Shown here: positions 43,679 through 52,875 of the stretch, one piece after another
Numbering within the stretch: the first letter of the stretch is position 1
Layout: every line of letters begins with the position of its first letter
NCBI GenBank assembly: GCA_017883965.1
Contig: JAFNKG010000004.1
Coordinates: 983-64,982, forward strand
Length of the DNA stretch: 64,000 bases
Origin: Candidatus Methanophagales archaeon
Lineage (GTDB): Archaea; Halobacteriota; Syntropharchaeia; Alkanophagales; Methanospirareceae
Reading direction: 5' to 3'
The notes under the pieces: generated by a model
Databases searched by the model: none
What the model was told of the DNA's origin: nothing
The model's input: only the letters and a program-made list of their open reading frames with translations
Translations under genes and position numbers: made by a program

Positions 43679-45184
43679 ATGCAACACAAAACTGAAACAA
43701 AGACCATATTGCAAAAGGAAAACAACTTCAGCGAATGGTATAACGAGATACTGAAGCGTGCAGAGATATTGGACATCAGGTATCCGGTGAAAGGGGTATA
43801 TGTATGGTATCCTTACGGATATAAATTAAGGAACCTGATCTATGGCATTTTGCGTTCTCTATTGGATAAAGAGCATGAGGAGGTGCTATTCCCTCTGTTG
43901 ATACCCGAAAAGGAGTTAATGATGGAGAAGGAACACGTAAAAGGGTTTGAAGATGAGGTGTTCTGGGTGACAAGGGGAGGAAGTACGGAATTGGATATTC
44001 CTCTCGCACTCCGTCCTACCTCAGAGACTGCGATATACCCGGTCTTTAAAGTCTGGATAAGGTCGCATCGCGACTTGCCTCTCCGAATATACCAGATAGT
44101 GAACACTTTCAGATATGAAACAAAGCATACAAGACCGCTTATTCGACTGCGCGAGATAACCTCCTTTAAAGAGGCGCATACTGCACACGCAAGCCGGGCG
44201 GATGCCGAAGCGCAAATAAAAAAGGCGGTGGCTTTATACAAAGATTTCTTTGACCAGCTTGCCATACCTTATGTAATTACGAGAAGACCGGACTGGGATA
44301 AATTTCCGGGGGCGGAGTATTCCATCGCCTTTGATACGCTCATGCCAGACGGAAGGACAATGCAAATTGCTACTATTCATTTGCTTGGCGAGAGTTTTGC
44401 GAGAACTTTTGATATAGTATATGAGGATAAAGATGGCGCCGTGAAGTTCGTAAATCAGACTTGCTATGGCATTTCGGAAAGATGCGTTGCCGCCGTGATC
44501 TCCGTTCATGGAGATGATCATGGTCTGATGCTGCCTCCTGAGGTCGCACCCATACAGGTTGTTATTGTGCCTATTGTATTTTCAAGCGAGGGAAAAAGTG
44601 TAGAAGTGGAAAAAGCTTGCTTTGTCGTTTATGAGGAATTGAAAAAAGCAGGTATAAGAGCATTTTTTGATAACTCGGAGGAAAGACCGGGTGCGAAGTA
44701 TTACCGGTGGGAGATGAAAGGAGTGCCTTTGAGGATAGAAATAGGACCCCGGGATTTGAGAAACAATAGATGTGAATTCGTAAGAAGAAATGACTTCAAA
44801 AGGATGCAAGTTCCACTTAGCGATGTCGTGCCCGAAGTGGAGCGAACACTAACGGGAATTAACGATTGTATTTATGAACGAGCAAAAGAAACTTTTTTCG
44901 CTAACATCTATAAAAACGAAGGTAACAACGGTGCAGGTAAAGGTAAAGATAAAGGCGAAGGGGCGATGGAAGGGCTGAGAAGAAAGGGCATTGTTTCTTT
45001 ATTCTTATGTGAAAGCGAAAGATGTGGGAAAGAAATAGAAGAACGTCTTGGAGTAAATGTGTTAGGTGAGGCGGTATATGAAGATGGGGATGAAGATGAG
45101 GCTGAAGAGCGAGAAAAAAGCGAAGGGAGATGCGTAATTTGCTCGAAAGAAGGGAAAAGAGTGTATGTTGCAAGGGCGTATTGA
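43679..45184 (+). CDS. proS: proline--tRNA ligase (archaeal type)
   Basis: FSEWYNEILKRAEILDIRYPVKG, RPTSET, FRYE, and a C-terminal Zn-binding domain. Has a G/K/E-rich insert near residue 415. Confidence 0.9.
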   Translation: MQHKTETKTILQKENNFSEWYNEILKRAEILDIRYPVKGVYVWYPYGYKLRNLIYGILRSLLDKEHEEVLFPLLIPEKELMMEKEHVKGFEDEVFWVTRGGSTELDIPLALRPTSETAIYPVFKVWIRSHRDLPLRIYQIVNTFRYETKHTRPLIRLREITSFKEAHTAHASRADAEAQIKKAVALYKDFFDQLAIPYVITRRPDWDKFPGAEYSIAFDTLMPDGRTMQIATIHLLGESFARTFDIVYEDKDGAVKFVNQTCYGISERCVAAVISVHGDDHGLMLPPEVAPIQVVIVPIVFSSEGKSVEVEKACFVVYEELKKAGIRAFFDNSEERPGAKYYRWEMKGVPLRIEIGPRDLRNNRCEFVRRNDFKRMQVPLSDVVPEVERTLTGINDCIYERAKETFFANIYKNEGNNGAGKGKDKGEGAMEGLRRKGIVSLFLCESERCGKEIEERLGVNVLGEAVYEDGDEDEAEEREKSEGRCVICSKEGKRVYVARAY

Positions 45185-45230
45185 ACAAAACCCGGAGGGG
45201 AAAATCAAAAAGTTTAAACAGTTCTGAGCT

Positions 45231-46352
45231 ATGCCAGTAAGTAAAGCCCGTAGAGGGATTGGATATATAAAAGGGATAATGAAGAATGTTCGTAATGTCA
45301 AGAAGAGTGAGTTTAAGGCTTTTTTCGATGACCTCAACTCCGCGGATTGTATCATTCTCGTTGGGGAAGGAAGATCGCAAAGCGCATTGTACATAGGAAT
45401 GGGGCAAATGGACAACGAGGTGCGAACAATGGTTGACATAGATTTCCCGGGCAGAGATATAGTGGAGGCAGCGCCGGTGTTGGAGAAAAAGTATGATAGG
45501 ATAGCACTGCTCGTTAATTCCGGAAGTGGTGAGACCTCAACTCCCAAAATAGTGATTAAACAACTTTCTGATTATATCGAACGAGAAAAAAGCGATAAAT
45601 TTACCATTGATGCGGTTGTCTCGAACACGAATTCCTCGATAGGAAAGATAAGGGAGAAAGAATATGGTAACGTGGTCGAACTGAAAGGAAGGGAAAGAAA
45701 ACCTAATACCACTAATGCATTTCTCAAACACGGCATAATGAACGATGTTTACGAATTAGGTTCTTTGCTGCTATTTCAGAAAACAAAAGAGGCAATAAAC
45801 GAGAAGAAGGATTATAAGGCGGTATTCAAAAAAATAGAGGCGGAATCAAATGTTATAGGTGAATTTATGGATAGCTTCGTCAGTTCTGATAGTTACAAAC
45901 ACATCATTGACAAGCTGGAGACGAGAAGCCGGATAACAATGGGCGGGTTGGGTCCTGCGAGGAATGCGGCAAAGATGTCTGCAATAAGACTGCAGCACGT
46001 TAAAAGAGCTATTGGCGACGAAGTTTACTTATCCGGACCCTTTGCGCCGAGACCACGAGCAGGCGATATTTTATTTTTAATCTCGTGGTCTGGAGAGACA
46101 GAGCCGGTTTTAGGATGGTGTAGAGAGCAAAAGAAAGCAGGTGGTTACGTTTATTCTATCGTTGGTAATGAATCTACCTTATCGAGGGAGCTAGATAGTC
46201 GCATAATAGAATCCTCGCCTACGACGTTCTATGAGCGTGCGACGTTTGCACTCAGCCCTTTGCCACTACATCTGGTGGAAAGACTTCATCAAAGGGGGTT
46301 CAGGCTACCGGAATACATTATGGAATGGTGGGAGCACTCGGTGACGCAATAA
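45231..46352 (+). CDS. double SIS-domain protein (sugar phosphate isomerase/binding family)
   Basis: Two SIS-like units: VGEGRSQ...VNSGSGETSTP and MGGLGPARNAA...ISWSGETEP. Confidence 0.5.
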   Translation: MPVSKARRGIGYIKGIMKNVRNVKKSEFKAFFDDLNSADCIILVGEGRSQSALYIGMGQMDNEVRTMVDIDFPGRDIVEAAPVLEKKYDRIALLVNSGSGETSTPKIVIKQLSDYIEREKSDKFTIDAVVSNTNSSIGKIREKEYGNVVELKGRERKPNTTNAFLKHGIMNDVYELGSLLLFQKTKEAINEKKDYKAVFKKIEAESNVIGEFMDSFVSSDSYKHIIDKLETRSRITMGGLGPARNAAKMSAIRLQHVKRAIGDEVYLSGPFAPRPRAGDILFLISWSGETEPVLGWCREQKKAGGYVYSIVGNESTLSRELDSRIIESSPTTFYERATFALSPLPLHLVERLHQRGFRLPEYIMEWWEHSVTQ

Positions 46353-46364
46353 TGGAGTTGTATT

Positions 46365-47213
46365 ATGTATAGCTTTTGGAAAATACTAAATCCCAAGTTT
46401 TTGTCATTGGGATTTTGGTATTTGATATTGTTTAGTATTTCGGATTTAGAATTTGGGATTTTACAGCTAAACAATTACAAGGGGATTTTACGTCTCTGCA
46501 TAGGCTCTTGCCTGCTGGTATACGGGAGCTACTCCGATTTGAGGACAAGAGAGGTCTCGAATGTCGTGTGGCTCGTGATGGCTGTTTCTGGTGTTTTTCT
46601 TGCAAGTGTAGAGCTCTTCATGGGTTCTTTGTCGCTCTTTCAGGTGCTTAAATCACTGATTGTGGGCGCTATATTCGTCTTTCTGCTCTACATTCTCAAT
46701 TTCGGCGGTGCAGACGTAAAAGCGATTATTTCACTCTCTCTGCTCTTCCCAAACTTCCCTTTATTTTCCGCACTTCACTTCCACCTACCCGTGATGGGTG
46801 TTCCACCGCTGGACATCTTTGTGCTCAGCATGCTTACGAATAGTTTGCTTTTCGCTCTTTTATCGCCTATTTCCCTTTTCCTATATAATTCGCTCAGGAA
46901 AAATTTTTCACCGCTTATGTTCCTTGGCTGGAAAGTCGAAATTTCAGAGCTGAGGAGAAAAAAGAACTTCAAATTGATGCATGAAATAGAAGAGGAGTCT
47001 GGAAAGAAGAAGTATATATGGGGGGGCATAGAACCAACAGAAGAAACATTAAGTCGTCTTGAAGAATTGGAGCGAAAGAAAAGGGTTAAAGAGGTTTGGA
47101 TTACACCAGAGCTCCCTTTTATCGTGTATCTCACTGCTGGTTTCTTCACCGCTGCTTTCTACGGCGATTTCATCTTCGTTTTATTGCGAATTGTTATGTT
47201 TGTGAACATCTAA
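46365..47213 (+). CDS. A24-family aspartic peptidase (archaeal prepilin/preflagellin peptidase-like)
   Basis: YSDLRTREVSN (first catalytic Asp) and NFGGADVKAI (GxGD-type second Asp); polytopic. The first about 35 codons are encoded by the GGGATTT repeat cluster, so the true start is uncertain. Confidence 0.65.
   Translation: MYSFWKILNPKFLSLGFWYLILFSISDLEFGILQLNNYKGILRLCIGSCLLVYGSYSDLRTREVSNVVWLVMAVSGVFLASVELFMGSLSLFQVLKSLIVGAIFVFLLYILNFGGADVKAIISLSLLFPNFPLFSALHFHLPVMGVPPLDIFVLSMLTNSLLFALLSPISLFLYNSLRKNFSPLMFLGWKVEISELRRKKNFKLMHEIEEESGKKKYIWGGIEPTEETLSRLEELERKKRVKEVWITPELPFIVYLTAGFFTAAFYGDFIFVLLRIVMFVNI
46385..46462. repeat. GGGATTT-type short repeat cluster (locus b)
   Basis: ctaaatcccaagtttttgtcattgggattttggtatttgatattgtttagtatttcggatttagaatttgggatttt. 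Shares the 17-mer tttgtcattgggatttt with locus d. Confidence 0.55.
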
Positions 47214-47225
47214 AAATATTTATGA

Positions 47226-47387
47226 TTACGAGCCCTGATAAAGTGGATAATCCGCCATATACCACGACCCTAACTTCTCTTTTATCTCTTCCATTTCATA
47301 TTTGACTTTTTCATACTCTTCTTCAGGCACATCCTGAAGCAGTTTCATCAACTCCTTTAACACTTTTGTCATTTTTGTCGCATCCAT
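47226..47387 (-). CDS. small hypothetical protein (53 aa, below the ORF-track cutoff)
   Basis: My own translation: MDATKMTKVLKELMKLLQDVPEEEYEKVKYEMEEIKEKLGSWYMADYPLYQGS*. ATG is preceded by aggtgataaaa. No recognisable family. Confidence 0.35.
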   Translation of the reverse strand: MDATKMTKVLKELMKLLQDVPEEEYEKVKYEMEEIKEKLGSWYMADYPLYQGS

Positions 47388-47535
47388 TTTTATCACCTAA
47401 TTTTCGTTAATACAATTTCCAATCGTCCTTAAAAGGTTTTCGGACAGTGATAAAAAAGTTTAAAATATTTTAAAGAATTTTATAAGTAAAAGAAAGTTTA
47501 TATTTGTGAGTAATGAGATAGTCCGGATAGTCTAT

Positions 47536-47991
47536 TCAAAGTTCCACAGAATTTTGAGCAGATACCGCAATATTCGTTTTCCTGCACTTCATCTTGTCCC
47601 CGGTTTTCACCAATATCTCAAAACCTTCGGGAATGTTCACGTCCACACGAGAGCCGAAACAAATCTTACCTATTCGCTCTCCTTCCCTTATTTCCTGCCC
47701 TTCGTTCACCTCGCACTTTATTTTCCTTGTAAAAAATCCCGCTATTTGCACTATTTTTATATCTCCATATTTTGTGCTAAGTTCTATTGTGTTTTTCGTG
47801 TTGAAATCACTACTGCGTAGGAAAGCGGGCTTAAAAAATCCTTTTTCCGGTGTTATTTTTTTCACTACGCCATCTAATGGCGCGGCAGTGATGTGCACAT
47901 TATGGAGATGCATGAATATAGTAATAGTTCTGCTTTCTTCTTCTATCCTTATTACCCTTCCGCTTGCCGGCGACAGCATATACTTACTCAT
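47536..47991 (-). CDS. phosphatidylserine (archaetidylserine) decarboxylase-related small protein
   Basis: SPASGRV...HNVHITAAPLDG...IAGFFTRKI...GERIGKICFGSRVDV follows the PSD-type pattern, with an FGS(R) site in place of LGST. Confidence 0.55.
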   Translation of the reverse strand: MSKYMLSPASGRVIRIEEESRTITIFMHLHNVHITAAPLDGVVKKITPEKGFFKPAFLRSSDFNTKNTIELSTKYGDIKIVQIAGFFTRKIKCEVNEGQEIREGERIGKICFGSRVDVNIPEGFEILVKTGDKMKCRKTNIAVSAQNSVEL

Positions 47992-47998
47992 ATCTTTT

Positions 47999-48107
47999 GA
48001 AAATCCTAAATCCCAATATATACCAATAAGCCCTTACAGGGCTTGCGGGGTCGTGGGGCAGATCCCCACACTACCAAACAAATCCAAAATCCCAATACTA
48101 CCAATTT
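47999..48107. repeat. GGGATTT-type short repeat cluster (locus c) with two hairpins
   Basis: gaaaatcctaaatcccaatatataccaa ... aagccct-tac-agggctt (48029-48045) ... gtgggg-cagat-ccccac (48054-48070) ... aaatccaaaatcccaatactaccaa. Modules are reverse-complementary to those of locus d. Confidence 0.6.
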
Positions 48108-48109
48108 AT

Positions 48110-48316
48110 TCATTCCCTTTTTGTTTTATTAATAATCGCACTCAAGATATTTATAATCTCTGCTATTTCCAAAACCCTTTGGGCAAAACTGAATACCCTT
48201 TCCCGGATATCATATATCTTCTCTTCCTTGGTTTTGGGATTTGGTATATATTGGGATTTTGAAATTACGCCTTTAGGCGTTGGGATTTGGTAGTATTTGT
48301 CATTGGGATTTTTCAT
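48110..48316 (-). pseudogene. possible truncated four-helix-bundle (23S rRNA IVS-type) protein remnant
   Basis: The central segment IYDIRERVFSFAQRVLEIAEII resembles the N-terminal helix of four-helix-bundle proteins (...I.ER.F.FA.RI..L...L). The ORF stops about 20 aa later, and both ends are encoded by the repeat clusters. Confidence 0.3.
48226..48312. repeat. GGGATTT-type short repeat cluster (locus d) with hairpin
   Basis: ggttttgggatttggtatatattgggattttgaaatt-acgcc-ttta-ggcgt-tgggatttggtagtatttgtcattgggattttt. Confidence 0.6.
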
Positions 48317-48332
48317 TTGTCTCTTCTAACAT

Positions 48333-48989
48333 TTAATGGAATCCATATCTTCCCACCAGAGGCACGAAAAGCACATCGCATTTTCGCTCCTTCTCTATCC
48401 TGTCTTTCTTCTCCACCAGATACAACTCTTGCACGTATCTCCCGATGGGTATAACCATTTTTCCACCGGTTTTCAACTGCTCAAGTAACGGAGGAGGCAC
48501 ATCAGGAGCGGCACAGGTCACGCTTATTTTGTCATACGGCGCATGGTCTGGCAGTCCAAGGGTTCCGTCGCCGAGAATCACCGTCACGTTCTTATACCCC
48601 GCACGCTTCAGGTTCTCACTCGAAAATTCAACCAGCCACGGTATCCTTTCTACGGAATATACCTGTCCTTTTTCGCCGATTATCTCAGCAATGACTGCGG
48701 CATGGTATCCGGAGCCAGCGCCAATTTCAAGCACTTTCTCTCCTTTCTTTAACTCCAGATAATCGCACATCATCGCAACCATGTGCGGTGCGCTTATCGT
48801 TTGACCCTCTCCGATGGGCAACGGATAATCCTCGTATGCCTGGTCACTAAGATTAGGAAGGACAAAAAGGTGCCTCTCAACCTGCATCATCGCTTCTAAC
48901 ACCTCTTCACTGACACCATGTCGGCTGAGATGTTCAACCATTCTCCTTCTCTCTTCCTCATATCCCCTTTCCTCTTCTCGTTCAGGCAT
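48333..48989 (-). CDS. pcm: protein-L-isoaspartate O-methyltransferase
   Basis: [29 protein letters not shown], and the PLVGRYGF tail. Confidence 0.9.
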   Translation of the reverse strand: MPEREEERGYEEERRRMVEHLSRHGVSEEVLEAMMQVERHLFVLPNLSDQAYEDYPLPIGEGQTISAPHMVAMMCDYLELKKGEKVLEIGAGSGYHAAVIAEIIGEKGQVYSVERIPWLVEFSSENLKRAGYKNVTVILGDGTLGLPDHAPYDKISVTCAAPDVPPPLLEQLKTGGKMVIPIGRYVQELYLVEKKDRIEKERKCDVLFVPLVGRYGFH

Positions 48990-49012
48990 AATCTTTATTC
49001 AGTTTATTCTCC

Positions 49013-49561
49013 TTACCCTTCTATTTTCCATTTCTTCTCTTCTTCCTCTTCTCTCCTTCTTCGCTCTAAGAAAGAGTAAACAGAGCTGTGTGGTGTGCCA
49101 TTTATTAACATCTCCATTGCTTCATGCGCTGTTCTTATCGGGTGTGAATACCCAATCAAGCTTATGGTCTTCCCGTAAACGGAGATTTTAACGCCTGCTA
49201 TGTCCTCTATTGCCCTTCTCGTTCTTCCATTTTTACCTATCACACGCCCTTTCACCCTTTTTAGTGTCTTTGGAGAGAGATGAGAGAGGGAAATGACCTC
49301 GAAGAGGAGAAAATCGTCATCAAGTAATGTAAAAGCATTTTCGGGCGAAAAACCCCTGCCTATTGCTTTTATCACCTCTGCAACTCTGAGCGCCTTTACG
49401 GGGTCTCCGCCTTCTATGCCTTCTATATGCACTTCCCCTTCATTACTATCTATTATTATCCTGCTCTCTGATTTTTTCTCTATATCTTCTTTTACGACTC
49501 CTTCATGACCTATTAGCACGCCTATTCTATCCTGGGGAATCTTAACGTGTTGTGTTATCAT
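49013..49561 (-). CDS. KH-domain RNA-binding protein (archaeal Dim2/Pno1-like)
   Basis: Two KH units: IPQDRIGVLIGHEGVVKEDIE and GRVIGKNGRTRRAIEDIAG. Conserved eIF1A-Rio1-KH gene order. Confidence 0.8.
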   Translation of the reverse strand: MITQHVKIPQDRIGVLIGHEGVVKEDIEKKSESRIIIDSNEGEVHIEGIEGGDPVKALRVAEVIKAIGRGFSPENAFTLLDDDFLLFEVISLSHLSPKTLKRVKGRVIGKNGRTRRAIEDIAGVKISVYGKTISLIGYSHPIRTAHEAMEMLINGTPHSSVYSFLERRRREEEEEKKWKIEG

Positions 49562-49564
49562 CTT

Positions 49565-50407
49565 TTATTTCTTCACCATCTCCATTATTTCATCTTCGGA
49601 ACAATCCAAACCGAGTTTGTTAAAGAATATAACAATATTTCTCACGTCCCTTCGGAGAAACGCATCAGCATTAGGATGGTCCAGAAGCAGGGATTGCCCC
49701 ATATCTATTATTACCGGTTCTATTTCTATTTCTGCACCTTCAAATTCTCGTTCTACATACCCCTTCATCAAGATATTGAACTCGCTGAGGTCTGCATGCA
49801 CCATCGTCCCCTTCTCATACATGATTTTTATATAGGAAATGATGCGGGAGAAGAGTTCTTCGAGTTCAAAATCATTTTTGAGAATATCCACGGGAATGTC
49901 TCTCAATCTTGGTGCTGCTATCCCTTCCTTTCCTATAAACTCCATTATCAGCACGTTTTTATCACACGCAATCGGCTTGGGCACCTGAACTCCGGCGTCA
50001 AAAGCTCTTTTGAGATTCTTTAGCTCCTTACGAGCCCATGTAAAAATGACGCTTCTGCGGTCTCTCTTTATATTTTCAAACCTCGGGTCGCCAATAATAT
50101 AGTCAAGCATGGCATTGAAGTTAGAGGTGCTTATTTTATACATCTTTATCGCCAATTCCTCTTCCTCCTCTGCTCCTATCGCATGAAATATAACAGATTC
50201 CTTACCCCTGCTTATGGGACCGCCCAACGCTTTTATTAGCCCCTTTTTTGAGAATTTGTACAGCGTTTCCAGAGTGGGAATGTCGAAGACGTATTGCTCT
50301 ATTTTCCTATCACGATAATCCTTAAACCTCTTTTTACCTTTAGGTAGTTGCTTTTCTTCCTTCTTTAGCCATCTCTCTACTTCAAATAGCCCTTCTTTCT
50401 CAACCAT
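49565..50407 (-). CDS. rio1: RIO-type serine protein kinase Rio1
   Basis: [39 protein letters not shown]. Confidence 0.85.
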   Translation of the reverse strand: MVEKEGLFEVERWLKKEEKQLPKGKKRFKDYRDRKIEQYVFDIPTLETLYKFSKKGLIKALGGPISRGKESVIFHAIGAEEEEELAIKMYKISTSNFNAMLDYIIGDPRFENIKRDRRSVIFTWARKELKNLKRAFDAGVQVPKPIACDKNVLIMEFIGKEGIAAPRLRDIPVDILKNDFELEELFSRIISYIKIMYEKGTMVHADLSEFNILMKGYVEREFEGAEIEIEPVIIDMGQSLLLDHPNADAFLRRDVRNIVIFFNKLGLDCSEDEIMEMVKK

Positions 50408-50700
50408 TCTTCCTGCGGTCTTGTATATTTGTGGATGAGTTCCGCCTTTTCATCCTGGAAGTCCCAGGGAACTATTATTACCACGTCTCCAACGTTTATC
50501 CATTGTTTCCTCTTTAACCTGCCAGGGATTCGAGCCATTCTTTCTATTCCATCAACGCACTGCACTGTTGCTCTTCTCCCTCCTAACATCTTCTGTACTA
50601 TCCCTAACACTTCCCTCTTCTCTTTTTGTGGAATACGCACACGTATTACTTCTTCGGTTCCTTCTGGTTTATACAATTTTTCCTCCTCTTCGACTGACAT
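50377..50700 (-). CDS. eif1a: translation initiation factor aIF-1A
   Basis: [62 protein letters not shown] is an S1-like OB fold. Confidence 0.9.
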   Translation of the reverse strand: MSVEEEEKLYKPEGTEEVIRVRIPQKEKREVLGIVQKMLGGRRATVQCVDGIERMARIPGRLKRKQWINVGDVVIIVPWDFQDEKAELIHKYTRPQEEWLRKKGYLK

Positions 50701-50852
50701 CCCTCCTTTGCCATTTACTCATTTTCATGCTTTTGCCCCACGTCCTTGCGAAATATTTAAATTTAACATAGGCACTATGAAAAAGTAGGGCATAGTGTAA
50801 TATTAAGTTTGGGCGTATATTCGAGCGAAAAGTTTTTATATAACGAAGAAGG

Positions 50853-51569
50853 ATGGAAGAAGATATGAAGTCAAGGAAAAGGAGGAAGGGCATTTTACCA
50901 TATCTTATAAGGGCTTTGTTTTTCAGGAAGGCAACGGCAAAAATCGGCATTTACGGACCGCCGAATGCGGGTAAAACTACTTTGGCGAATAGAATAGTCC
51001 ATACTTTTGTGGATGAGAACGAAGATGTGGGGGTACCCTCTGAGGTACCACACGAGACGAGAAGAGCAGTCAGGAGGGGCGGAATACTCATAGACCTGAA
51101 ATCAATGTCAGTGCAGAACCCCAACCCCAATTCAACTCCAAAGTCAAACTCAAGAAGAGGAAAAGCAAAATTGAAGCTGGATGTGGTTGACACTCCGGGA
51201 TTAGCGACGAAAATAGATTTTCACGAGTTCATGGCTTACGGTTTAGAAGAGGAGGAGGCGAAAAGGAGGGCGAAGGAGGCGACAGAGGGTGTTATAGAGG
51301 CAATAAAATGGCTCGACGACATTGACGGCGTTGTGCTCCTGATGGATTCTACCGAGGACCCATATACGCAAACTAACATAGTCATCATCGGGAACATGGA
51401 AGCAAGAGGTATCCCGGTTATTATCGCTGCAAATAAAATTGACCTCGTGGATGCATTTCCACAAAGGATAATGAATGCTTTCCCTCAGCACACCGTCATA
51501 CCCATATCAGCATTGAAAGGGGAGAATATGGAGGGGCTGTATGAGGAAATAGCGAGGAGATTCAGATGA
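50853..51569 (+). CDS. small GTP-binding protein (archaeal, function unknown)
   Basis: G1 GPPNAGKTT, G3 DTPG, G4 NKID, G5 ISAL. Contains the low-complexity insert QNPNPNSTPKSNSRRGKAK. Confidence 0.7.
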   Translation: MEEDMKSRKRRKGILPYLIRALFFRKATAKIGIYGPPNAGKTTLANRIVHTFVDENEDVGVPSEVPHETRRAVRRGGILIDLKSMSVQNPNPNSTPKSNSRRGKAKLKLDVVDTPGLATKIDFHEFMAYGLEEEEAKRRAKEATEGVIEAIKWLDDIDGVVLLMDSTEDPYTQTNIVIIGNMEARGIPVIIAANKIDLVDAFPQRIMNAFPQHTVIPISALKGENMEGLYEEIARRFR

Positions 51570-51610
51570 GAGCTGAAAGTAAAAGAAATAGGAAGGTGAG
51601 AAATTAAACG

Positions 51611-51943
51611 ATGGACATAAAGATGGACCTGATATCCGAAGATAAAATAAATTCGATGAGCTCGATGGAGAAGCTAAGATTTGTGTTGGATGGTGTGAAG
51701 TCGGGTAATATAGTGGTGTTGGAGGGCGGTCTGACGTCGGAGGAGCAGATGAAACTGATAGAGCTCACAATGACGGAGGTAAACGAGGATTTCCCTGGAA
51801 TAGAGATGAGTGGATATCCGTCTAAGAAGAGTTTTTTAAATATAAGAAGGCAGGCGAGGCTAACAGTGATAGGACCTGCGAAGACGATGCGCACGATAAA
51901 GAAGGAAAGGGACTTAATAAGTGCAGTCATTTCTGCTATCTAA
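51611..51943 (+). CDS. DUF2073-like archaeal protein
   Basis: LISEDKINSMSSMEKLRFVLDGVKSGNIVVLEGGLTSEEQMKLIELTM matches my recollection of DUF2073, which sits next to this GTPase in archaea. Confidence 0.55.
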   Translation: MDIKMDLISEDKINSMSSMEKLRFVLDGVKSGNIVVLEGGLTSEEQMKLIELTMTEVNEDFPGIEMSGYPSKKSFLNIRRQARLTVIGPAKTMRTIKKERDLISAVISAI

Positions 51944-51950
51944 ACTAAAA

Positions 51951-52304
51951 ATGCACAAGTGTTTGAAATGCGGGAAGAAATTTGAAAAGGTAATGGAAGA
52001 GATGTTGGGGGGCTGTCCGGAGTGCGGAGGTAATCTTTTTCTTTATATAAAGGGTGGAGAAGATATAGACATAAGCGCAGCGGATTTGGTCGAGAGGATA
52101 AAAATAGAAGAAAAGGTGCCCTTAGAGGGGGAGAAGATAGAAAGCTTGAGGATTCTGAGTCCCGGCGTATACGAGCTCAATCTGGATGCGTTGTTAGAGC
52201 GGAAGGGGATAGTAGTGGGGATAAAGGAGAATGGTTCTTACGCAATCCATTTACCTTCTTTATTTGGGAAAACGAAGCAAAAGCGTAAACACAAAAAAAC
52301 TTGA
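51951..52304 (+). CDS. Zn-ribbon protein (DUF2072-like)
   Basis: CLKCGKKF...x14...CPECGG. Start trimmed to ATG 51951. Third member of the GTPase/DUF2073/Zn-ribbon trio. Confidence 0.55.
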   Translation: MHKCLKCGKKFEKVMEEMLGGCPECGGNLFLYIKGGEDIDISAADLVERIKIEEKVPLEGEKIESLRILSPGVYELNLDALLERKGIVVGIKENGSYAIHLPSLFGKTKQKRKHKKT

Positions 52305-52371
52305 ACCTCGCTTTTTCACACACCCGTTATTACCAGAACGCCCATGCGCGTTACTATTATCCCCGCTATTA

Positions 52372-52875
52372 TTACATCCACGGGGATTCTTGGAGGAATT
52401 CCATAAACAGGTCCACAAAAACTGTTACTATTATCCCCGCTATTATTACACCCGTGAAAATAGCTGAATACGCATATCTATGCCGAATACCAAATACAAA
52501 AGCAATTGCACAAGCAGTCCACGCACCGGTCCATGGAACTGGTAACGCAACAAATGGTATTAGACCTAAGGAGCCGTATTTCTCTATCCTATTGTTATAT
52601 CTCCTCGTTCTCGAGAATAGCCAGTTAAAGAATCTATCGAAGATAGTGTATCTTCTCAACCAGTTTGAAACCGGGTCGAGAAAAAGGAGTAAAGGAACTA
52701 CTGGTAGCATATTTCCTATCACAGACAGAACAAAAGCCTCCGTGGGCTCCATTTTGTAAATGCCTATTGCAAATGGTATAGAGGCACGGAGTTCTCCAAA
52801 TGGAATCATCGCTATTACTATCACCCGGATGCTCTCAGGTAGCATGTTAATCATATCAAAAGTCATTAAAAACAC
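52372..52875 (-). CDS. small multidrug-export-like membrane protein (Sm_multidrug_ex family)
   Basis: VIAMIPFGELRASIPFAIG...SVIGNMLPVVPLLLF matches the family signature P..ELRG.IP. Confidence 0.6.
   Translation of the reverse strand: MFLMTFDMINMLPESIRVIVIAMIPFGELRASIPFAIGIYKMEPTEAFVLSVIGNMLPVVPLLLFLDPVSNWLRRYTIFDRFFNWLFSRTRRYNNRIEKYGSLGLIPFVALPVPWTGAWTACAIAFVFGIRHRYAYSAIFTGVIIAGIIVTVFVDLFMEFLQESPWM

Noticed and set aside
47594-48262. 222-aa plus-strand ORF
   Set aside because: It is antisense to the PSD-like gene and then runs through the GGGATTT repeat cluster. It has no RBS and a low-complexity composition, so it is a shadow ORF.
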